From sequence record MN563784.1: a DNA stretch of 64,000 nt; one strand, given 5' to 3'. Position numbers and translations under genes: made by a program. Shown here piece after piece: positions 57,567-64,000 of the stretch (its first letter is position 1; every line of letters begins with the position of its first letter). The notes below the pieces were generated by a model. It had not been told where the DNA came from. It worked only from the letters and a program-made list of their open reading frames with translations, and did no database searches.

Positions 57567-57607
57567 ATATCATGCATATCCCTTCAGGTAATTTTAGAGA
57601 GGTTATT

Positions 57608-57883
57608 ATGAGCAATAAAGATGTATCAATGATCCCAGTTTATGAAAATCACTTTGTCACTACTGGTGCTACTCCACGACATGAAGCAATTGTGGTATGT
57701 CGTGAATATGGTATTAATCCATTAGATGATGCACCATTTCGGGGTTCATGGGTGATGCGCTACCGAGAGACTGGCAAATTCATTGATTGTTCCAGGGATA
57801 TTGATGATTTAGCTAAGAAATATAATCTGACCATTCATAAACCAACCATTGAATTATACACCAGCACGTATATTGGTCAATAG
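57608..57883 (+). CDS. small protein, paralog of 56363..56614
   Basis: ATG 57608 after GAGAGG; REYGINPLDDAPFRGSWVMRYRETGKFID. Confidence 0.75.
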   Translation: MSNKDVSMIPVYENHFVTTGATPRHEAIVVCREYGINPLDDAPFRGSWVMRYRETGKFIDCSRDIDDLAKKYNLTIHKPTIELYTSTYIGQ

Positions 57884-57889
57884 AAAAAA

Positions 57890-57913
57890 AAACCACCCTA
57901 TATAGGGTGGTTT
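57890..57913. terminator. palindromic stem-loop
   Basis: AAACCACCCTA-TA-TAGGGTGGTTT with an upstream A-run. Confidence 0.6.
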
Positions 57914-57929
57914 ATAAAAGAGGTGAAAT

Positions 57930-58193
57930 ATGCATAAACTTAATCCTGGTTGTTATCCATTAACTATAAATCCTAATGGTAAGTTTCTGAATAAAGACGA
58001 TTTACGGAATCTTCCCAATGGGATTTATGTAACTTCTCCGTTACATGGTCCTAGGGTATATAGCCATGATCGACGCGTTATGGTTGATGGTGATTATTGT
58101 TATCTAATCACTGCACCGAACATAAAATTCAAGGTAAGTGATTTCTTTAAATATAATGTAGTTTATTATCCGAGCATTTACCTCAAGAGGTAA
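57930..58193 (+). CDS. small protein, paralog of 58549..58776
   Basis: 87 aa; GAGGTG RBS; NLPNGIYVTSPLHGP...DRR motif. Confidence 0.75.
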   Translation: MHKLNPGCYPLTINPNGKFLNKDDLRNLPNGIYVTSPLHGPRVYSHDRRVMVDGDYCYLITAPNIKFKVSDFFKYNVVYYPSIYLKR

Positions 58194-58200
58194 TAAATAA

Positions 58201-58485
58201 ATGGCAAACGAATGCACTCCCGGTGTCTGGGATACACTAGTTGACTCGACAAAAGAAACTGAAAACCTACGTATCCGTTCCCAACTCATGCGGGCTCTCA
58301 CCCGTACTATAAAGGGCTGGGATCTTCCGCAAAAAGACGCTGCTGCTCGCCTACATGTTACGCAACCGAGATTGAATGATCTTCTCAAAGGCAAGATTGA
58401 CAAGTTCTCTCTGGACGCCCTGGTAAACCTACTGGACGCGGCTGATCTGACTCTTGAGATATCAGTGATCCCACGTGCAGTATAA
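58201..58485 (+). CDS. XRE/HigA-like helix-turn-helix protein (orphan antitoxin-like)
   Basis: LPQKDAAARLHVTQPRLNDLLKGKIDKFSLDALVNLL is a typical HTH_37/HigA-type signature; hand count 140/285 = 49% GC; GAGG RBS. Confidence 0.85.
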   Translation: MANECTPGVWDTLVDSTKETENLRIRSQLMRALTRTIKGWDLPQKDAAARLHVTQPRLNDLLKGKIDKFSLDALVNLLDAADLTLEISVIPRAV

Positions 58486-58548
58486 ACCATGGGGACGCAG
58501 CTTGATACGGCCACCGGGTGGTTTCATGACAGCAAGGAAATAAAGAAA

Positions 58549-58776
58549 ATGACAACTGATAAAAAGTTTAGTATTAAAGAACTCGGATGGGAAAAAGCCA
58601 CTAATCTACCCGATGGTGAATACTACACTATTCCTAAACATGGACCACAAAACTGGCGGTATGATCGCAAGATTATCAAAACCAAGAACAGTGTAAAACT
58701 GGTAAATGAACCAGATTATAGCTGGTCAGCCCCATTCTTTTTCGAGGCAAATAACTTGTTAATCGAAGAACCATGA
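58549..58776 (+). CDS. small protein, paralog of 57930..58193
   Basis: ATG 58549 after AAGGA preferred over the track start 58489; NLPDGEYYTIPKHGP...DRK motif. Confidence 0.7.
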   Translation: MTTDKKFSIKELGWEKATNLPDGEYYTIPKHGPQNWRYDRKIIKTKNSVKLVNEPDYSWSAPFFFEANNLLIEEP

Positions 58777-58934
58777 CTATGAAACGATCACCAGGTTATT
58801 TTAAAAGAGTAGTAAAAGAACTAACTGAGCGAGAGAACATTATACATCAGAAAGTTCTTAAATACATCAATGATAATCCGAATATTTCTTATAAAGAAGC
58901 ACGTCAGATAGTAACTAAGGAGATTATAAAGTGA
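58773..58934 (+). CDS. 53-aa basic protein missed by the ORF track
   Basis: MTMKRSPGYFKRVVKELTERENIIHQKVLKYINDNPNISYKEARQIVTKEIIK; ATGA and GTGA overlaps with both neighbours. Confidence 0.65.
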   Translation: MTMKRSPGYFKRVVKELTERENIIHQKVLKYINDNPNISYKEARQIVTKEIIK

Positions 58935-59143
58935 CTATTTCAATTCCTGCATCAGTTCGTGGTGAGTTTGGAATTTATTACAAAAACAATAAGAATCTTC
59001 GCCTGGGTCAGGCATGGCATAATTACATGCGTCTTGAAAATATCCAAAATGAAATGGATAAAGAATGGGCTGATAAACTCTGGAATGCTTCTGATAAAGA
59101 AGCAGCTGACATGGTTGATGAAGCCACTAATTGGACTATGTAA
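58931..59143 (+). CDS. small hypothetical protein
   Basis: 70 aa; GTG start coupled to the previous stop; AAGGAG upstream. Confidence 0.7.
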   Translation: MTISIPASVRGEFGIYYKNNKNLRLGQAWHNYMRLENIQNEMDKEWADKLWNASDKEAADMVDEATNWTM

Positions 59144-59182
59144 CTAAACAATATTCAATATAGTAAATAAGGAGAAATACAA

Positions 59183-59326
59183 ATGACCAATGAAGAAATT
59201 ATCGCAGATGAAAGTAAATGGGCCGATGACAGTGAGGCGGTCGGCTGTGAACCAGTTGATCTGTTTATTGATTTTTACTGGGTAGAGCCCGCTCATCATA
59301 CCCAAGAAGGAAAAGAGGATAATTAA
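59183..59326 (+). CDS. 47-aa highly acidic protein missed by the ORF track
   Basis: AAGGAG RBS; MTNEEIIADESKWADDSEAVGCEPVDLFIDFYWVEPAHHTQEGKEDN (14 D/E, 2 K). Confidence 0.65.
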   Translation: MTNEEIIADESKWADDSEAVGCEPVDLFIDFYWVEPAHHTQEGKEDN

Positions 59327-59327
59327 C

Positions 59328-59603
59328 ATGGGTGAATATACACAGAATGGTATTCGTTATTTTCGTCCGGATGATACCGAAGATACCTTTTATGTCTTGG
59401 GTGATTGTTATGTGGCCAATACTATCGCCGATATTATCAAGATGGCAACTAAGAAATGGGGTGATGGTATTACTCTTGATATGATTAATATCAGTACTGA
59501 ATATATCCATACAAGTTGTCTAGGGTATGATGAGTACGACCCTAGCGATTATAGTAATTATCTATGCATCTCTCGTATTAGGGAACCATCGCTGGTTAAA
59601 TAA
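59328..59603 (+). CDS. small hypothetical protein
   Basis: 91 aa; GAGGA RBS; acidic and Tyr-rich. Confidence 0.75.
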   Translation: MGEYTQNGIRYFRPDDTEDTFYVLGDCYVANTIADIIKMATKKWGDGITLDMINISTEYIHTSCLGYDEYDPSDYSNYLCISRIREPSLVK

Positions 59604-59616
59604 ATCAACGACATAA

Positions 59617-59638
59617 GCCCTCTCCTTCGGGAGAGGGC
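59617..59638 (+). terminator. UUCG stem-loop preceded by CATAA
   Basis: GCCCTCTCC-TTCG-GGAGAGGGC. Confidence 0.7.
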
Positions 59639-59672
59639 ATTTATTCAGTTAAACATTTAAGAATAAAAGAAT

Positions 59673-59704
59673 TAGCCCTACTGCTGCAACAGTAGGGCTA
59701 TATG
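59673..59704. other. second stem-loop followed by TATG, upstream of ORF 59769
   Basis: TAGCCCTACTG-CTGCAA-CAGTAGGGCTA-TATG, 11-bp stem. Confidence 0.6.
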
Positions 59705-59768
59705 CCGTTGAGTAAAAAATACTCAACATTTTCGCCCAAATGGGCTTGGATTAACAAGAGGAACCATC

Positions 59769-60074
59769 ATGTTAATTCCAGTTACCGCTAACAATGTTAG
59801 CCCTGACCTGCACAGAATGCAGGATGTGGGTTTCTTTTTCAAGAGACCCGATGGATCAACCCATAGCATGTCAGTTGCGAAAATACACGCTGATAATGTT
59901 ATCCAATGTCGAGATCGTAAAGGTCACTTCATTGGTTATTGGGCTGGTCCTACGATAGGATACGTCAACAACGCAAGTTTAGCCGTATCCATCAACCCCT
60001 TCGACAATTTCATAGTAACGGACACTGACATGGATCAGAAGAAGTTCTATGTAACCGAAAGGAGAAGCCTATGA
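59769..60074 (+). CDS. hypothetical protein
   Basis: 101 aa; GAGGA RBS; sits alone between hairpins. Confidence 0.7.
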   Translation: MLIPVTANNVSPDLHRMQDVGFFFKRPDGSTHSMSVAKIHADNVIQCRDRKGHFIGYWAGPTIGYVNNASLAVSINPFDNFIVTDTDMDQKKFYVTERRSL

Positions 60075-60710
60075 TAAACAACCCCTCTCCTTCAGGAGAG
60101 GGACTTATCTGAATTCTTTTTTTGTTTAAGTGAGAGCCGCCCGCTAAAGCGGCTCCCAAGTGGAGTTAAGTCTCCCGCTAAAGAGACACTCCAGTATACA
60201 TGGGGTAGCGACTCCTCATGTAGATATCCTAATTAATCTCTTTAGCTAGTAATCAATACCAGTTATCACTCGTTGATAATTGATTTGTTTATTAACTAAT
60301 TTGACTTAATCAGAATAATCAATACATATTGTTAATAACCTAGTATATTATTACCAGTATCATTGAGTAATACTGGTAATCAAATATTACTCATGAATAT
60401 TACCTAATGTGGAACTGATGAATCGGATCGCCCCGTAGGGGCTTTTATTTCATAATAAACTATACCGAAGGTATATCCTTATTCTAATAATAAACAATAT
60501 TAGCATTATTCTAATAGCGTTAGCTAATACATACTGTCTCCCTAAAAGGAGACACAGTGTAGATTATATTTTTTTTAATTAAAAAATAATAAGTCTAGAG
60601 ATAGACTTTCTTTATGCCTTTAATACCTTCTAATTTGCTCTATAATCGATTTTATTCATTATCTACTAGCATATTAGCCATACGACATAAAAGCCCTCCT
60701 ATGAGGGCTT
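60075..60710. other. non-coding island dense in inverted repeats at a convergence point
   Basis: No ORF of 60 aa or more over most of it; at least nine stem-loops, listed in findings. Confidence 0.75.
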
Positions 60711-60717
60711 AAATGCT

Positions 60718-60954
60718 TTATTTTTCATTAGTCGGATATAGGAGTACAATAGACTCTGCGCATACTTTAATAACTTGGATATTTTCACTGTCATTATTTT
60801 TTGATTGTTTATTTTTAACGCAGTATTCAAATTGTTGGGATTTGAGTTTATATACGTTATTGTTCTCTTCTCCCAGTATTCCTCCAAATACCAATCCTAG
60901 GATAAATATTAATAAACCACCAATAAAGATAATATAAACATTACCATAGTACAT
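60718..60954 (-). CDS. small membrane-anchored protein
   Basis: 78 aa; hydrophobic N-terminus; start directly after the upstream stop. Confidence 0.6.
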   Translation of the reverse strand: MYYGNVYIIFIGGLLIFILGLVFGGILGEENNNVYKLKSQQFEYCVKNKQSKNNDSENIQVIKVCAESIVLLYPTNEK

Positions 60955-60955
60955 A

Positions 60956-61324
60956 TTACATTAACTCCTTTACATCATCTGGAATAGATTCACACCGATC
61001 TAAATCCCAGTAGATGTGTGTATAGTGATCTTGGTTTACGATACTGATAAAATCCCCATTAGGATCGGGTAATGGTTTACGGATAATATCAACGTAAATA
61101 GTGTAATATAAATAAAGATCACTGATGAGTTCATCAATGTTTAAATTATTACCCTCTGCATATTTCCCATATTTAAAATAATGGGCTTCTTCTGCTACAG
61201 CATAACGGATTTTATCGTAATTTTGTGATGCGGCATATACACGTGCAAATAGAGGGCGATTAAACTTTCTACATTCACTAATATTTTTTCTTAAAGTATT
61301 TACTAAATTATCAATTGCACTCAT
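60956..61324 (-). CDS. hypothetical protein
   Basis: 122 aa; AATAGG leader on the minus strand. Confidence 0.7.
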   Translation of the reverse strand: MSAIDNLVNTLRKNISECRKFNRPLFARVYAASQNYDKIRYAVAEEAHYFKYGKYAEGNNLNIDELISDLYLYYTIYVDIIRKPLPDPNGDFISIVNQDHYTHIYWDLDRCESIPDDVKELM

Positions 61325-61349
61325 TTAGATTACCTATTAAAATTATAGT

Positions 61350-61375
61350 GCTCTCCCCGAAGGGAGAGCTTTATG
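61350..61375. terminator. stem-loop after dnaB
   Basis: GCTCTCCC-CGAA-GGGAGAGC then TTTATG on the + strand (CATAA precedes it on the - strand). Confidence 0.65.
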
Positions 61376-61378
61376 TTG

Positions 61379-62926
61379 TTAATATCCCCAGTCATCTCCA
61401 CCAGTTGCTTGCATGTTACTAAGACTTGGTACGAAATCCATGTAATTGTTTTCTTCTTTATCGATATCCCATCTAATACCACCAATACGGTCTGGATCAA
61501 ACGGCATAACAAAATAGTGATGCTTACTATCACTTACAACGTTACGGTGTTTACCACGTTGTACAGTTAGATAATACTTACCACTTACTTTAACAATGTG
61601 GAAGAAGAATTCCAGATCAGGTTCTTGCCCAAGTCGACGACAACCATCATAGTAACCTTTGTTAGCAACTTGTTTAACAAAGTCTTCTGGTGGGATATTA
61701 TCCCTGATTAGTTCTAGTGCCTGAGAACTTAACTGGTGTGGACTAAAGAATGTAATACCACGTGGCGCAGTATAATTACGCATTCGCCTAAATAGGAGAC
61801 GAACGTCATCACCTGCTACACTGGTTACTAATCCAGTTTTAGGCAACATGTTTAGATAATCTACGCAGAGATATTGTAGTTCATAACCACGTGCTTGATA
61901 TGTATCTAGATAGTTAACTAAACCAGCAATCGTAAATTCAGTCGGGTCAAAACGGTACATTACTGGCTCGAAACCATTTTCACGAAGACGAGCTGATACA
62001 TATTCAGCTGCTTCAGCTTTACTAATGGAACTACGATCTACCTTGATACCTGTTTCATTTTCGTAAATATACTCATAAATGAAAATAAGGTTATCCGGAA
62101 TCTCATTCTCAAGAGTAATAAACATTACTAATGGTTTCTTATTGATATCACGCATGTATGGTTTATTAAATAGACATACATGACAAAATAGACTCATAGA
62201 AACGCCAGATTTATATTGGTGTTGTAGGCCACCACCAATAATGAATTCACCACGTTTTAATGCACCTAGATCACCAAGCATACGGTTAAAGCCTTTCCAT
62301 CCAGTTCGGAAAGCACCATTTGGTGAAAGAATGGTTTTAGCTTCTTCGAAGAATCCTTCAATAGAATCTAAATTACCAAAATCAAGTGCACCCATTTCAG
62401 CTGGGTGTTTCTCTTCAGCACGGGCGCGAATATATGGGTCAGCTCTGGTTGCCATTTCATTAATGATTGCCGGAATATCAGCAGAGCCTCTATTGAAAAG
62501 AATTTTTGATGAACATTCTTTTACAATAGCTTTTACCTTTTCATCAGCTAAGTAGCTATTTAGATCACGACGATATGATGTTACACGCATAGCTAATGCC
62601 ATGCCATTTGGAAATTCTTCTTCTACCGCATTTTTAACAGCATCGTATAGATAACTTTCTTCACGACAACATACTTGTAGTGATTGTAATACCTGTTGGG
62701 TAGCTGGGAAATATGTTTTCTGTTTCTTATTTAGATCCACTAGTAGATTACGAAGATCTAAAAATGTTTGTCGACCATGATCTACATCTAATGTACCACC
62801 CTTATCATTTAGAGTATCAAGAATCTCAGTAACCAATTCATTGGATGGTTCCACTGGAGAATCTTCTCGATTTTCTAAACATAATAGAGTGATACATGAA
62901 ACGAGTAATTGTTTTGGACTTGACAT
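61379..62926 (-). CDS. dnaB: DnaB-like replicative helicase (phiKZ gp118)
   Basis: TGWKGFNRMLG..G.LKRGE, Walker A-like GLQHQYKS, FITLENE, Walker B LCVDYL, SPHQLS. Confidence 0.9.
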   Translation of the reverse strand: MSSPKQLLVSCITLLCLENREDSPVEPSNELVTEILDTLNDKGGTLDVDHGRQTFLDLRNLLVDLNKKQKTYFPATQQVLQSLQVCCREESYLYDAVKNAVEEEFPNGMALAMRVTSYRRDLNSYLADEKVKAIVKECSSKILFNRGSADIPAIINEMATRADPYIRARAEEKHPAEMGALDFGNLDSIEGFFEEAKTILSPNGAFRTGWKGFNRMLGDLGALKRGEFIIGGGLQHQYKSGVSMSLFCHVCLFNKPYMRDINKKPLVMFITLENEIPDNLIFIYEYIYENETGIKVDRSSISKAEAAEYVSARLRENGFEPVMYRFDPTEFTIAGLVNYLDTYQARGYELQYLCVDYLNMLPKTGLVTSVAGDDVRLLFRRMRNYTAPRGITFFSPHQLSSQALELIRDNIPPEDFVKQVANKGYYDGCRRLGQEPDLEFFFHIVKVSGKYYLTVQRGKHRNVVSDSKHHYFVMPFDPDRIGGIRWDIDKEENNYMDFVPSLSNMQATGGDDWGY

Positions 62927-63065
62927 TTTTATAGATTTCCAATTGTGAAATTAAGAGATGTACAGTGTATCATTTAGATAGCTAGTAATTTTAGTGAATG
63001 TATTTGCTATATTGCTATGTAGACAGTTCCCAAAAGCCTAAAGTTACAATATAGGTACTTTCACA

Positions 63066-63599
63066 ATGACCCAAGTTCTGGTTATGCCAAAAGCTGTTTT
63101 TGAATCATATAAAACAGCAGGTGTACAATTTAACAAATTGTTAGACACCAACTATATAGTTTCCGAAACCTCCGTAAATGATCTTGCGGAGATACATCAG
63201 GCTTTAACTGCTTTCCCCTTTCTATTACCAGAAAAACTAGATATTAAGTTAGCAGTAAGCCCGATAATCAAAGTTGCTGAGTTAGGTGAAATAGACGGTC
63301 CTGAACAATTTAAGATGAAGGATTTACACAATCGTTTAGAGAGCCGCCTAGCGACTAATGAACTTAGGGATGCAGGTAACCGTAATTTAGTGTACGATTA
63401 TTACCTATATCCTGTAGATGAGAATCTGTGGGTTGCGGTGCAGCAGAGTGCGCACATTGCAAGTAGCGATCCTAGACGTGTCTCAATTCAACTTAACCAT
63501 ACTTTCTTTGATAGTATGATAAATGAAATGTTGAACACCCGCCCACGTGAATCCGTGGCGTCAACACAAATTTTTACCTATTATTTGGAGAGCTGCTAG
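63066..63599 (+). CDS. virion/minor capsid protein (phiKZ gp119-like)
   Basis: 177-aa ORF directly upstream of the major capsid gene; synteny. Confidence 0.7.
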   Translation: MTQVLVMPKAVFESYKTAGVQFNKLLDTNYIVSETSVNDLAEIHQALTAFPFLLPEKLDIKLAVSPIIKVAELGEIDGPEQFKMKDLHNRLESRLATNELRDAGNRNLVYDYYLYPVDENLWVAVQQSAHIASSDPRRVSIQLNHTFFDSMINEMLNTRPRESVASTQIFTYYLESC

Positions 63600-63671
63600 G
63601 TTGATTCCGGAAAAGATGCTTAGTAGACCCAAATTTTTAAACCAAAAACTCATCCTACGTAGGAATAAAAA

Positions 63672-64000
63672 ATGAGCGTACATGCCCTAAGAGAACTGTT
63701 TAAACACAAAGGCGAAAAGAATTACGAAGTCTTCTCAATGGAAGATTTCATTGGCCGCCTAGAAAGTGAAATTGGTCTAAATGACAGCGTTGTTAGTCAA
63801 GGTCGTTCCCTTATTAGCAGCATTTCACATGAAAACTTCGGTACCGTGCAAGCTACCGACATTCAAGATGCCGCTGCAATTTATAACAAAATGCAAATGC
63901 TCGTTAACGACTATGGTTTCGAACGAGTAAGTTCCAGTGATCCTCAAGTACGTGCTCGTGAAGAACGTGTCCGTGAGAACCAAATCACTGCTGCTACCAT
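63672..64000 (+). CDS. major capsid protein, 5' part (phiKZ gp120), truncated by the window edge
   Basis: AGGA RBS; MSVHALRELFKHKGEKNYEVFSMEDFIGRLESEIGLNDSVVSQGRS... recognised as the gp120 N-terminus; open to the window end. Confidence 0.92.
   Translation, partial: MSVHALRELFKHKGEKNYEVFSMEDFIGRLESEIGLNDSVVSQGRSLISSISHENFGTVQATDIQDAAAIYNKMQMLVNDYGFERVSSSDPQVRAREERVRENQITAAT

Noticed and set aside
58104-58514. 136-aa minus-strand ORF over the HTH gene
   Set aside because: Shadow of a GC-rich gene; no toxin-like motifs, so not accepted as a hidden antisense toxin.
60075-60710. tRNA or CRISPR array in the hairpin island
   Set aside because: No cloverleaf with T-loop or CCA; stems differ from each other and there is no repeat-spacer periodicity.

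Overview
This is a 64-kb, AT-rich (~36% GC by eye) segment of a phiKZ-like Pseudomonas jumbo, nucleus-forming phage (Chimalliviridae). It is syntenic with phiKZ from about gp62 to the start of the major capsid gene gp120. Contents in order: (1) an SbcD/Mre11 nuclease and the phage-nucleus/non-virion RNA polymerase block (ChmC-like gp67, sigma-like gp68, PicA/Imp1-like gp69, beta-C subunit gp71-73, beta'-C subunit gp74); (2) an SF2 helicase, the virion RNAP subunit gp80 and the exonuclease-bearing half of a split family-B DNA polymerase (gp82); (3) a long head/inner-body/baseplate block (gp83-gp101); (4) an accessory region of small, probably early genes at 52-60 kb; (5) DnaB, gp119 and the 5' part of the major capsid gene. 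All gp-number assignments come from remembered phiKZ protein sequences, motifs and gene order; no database search was run. Main items the ORF track does not explain: an ORF-less 307-nt group I intron (10571-10877) splitting the nvRNAP beta gene at its conserved HGG/KG motif; a U UUU UUU slippery site at the end of gp77 opening a start-less 167-codon -1 frame (G/GT-type frameshift candidate); a hidden 122-codon NADAR-like ORF (25082-25450) whose coupled start reads ATA. That ORF, a DarG-like macrodomain gene and a GC-rich orphan HigA-like HTH gene together suggest a set of anti-toxin-antitoxin genes. Also noted: an HExxH/M48-like motif in head protein gp84, a 145-bp duplication that is probably an assembly artefact, a repeated CATAA-hairpin-TTATG intergenic cassette, and a ~630-bp hairpin-packed non-coding island. 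No tRNA, rRNA, CRISPR array or transposase was seen.
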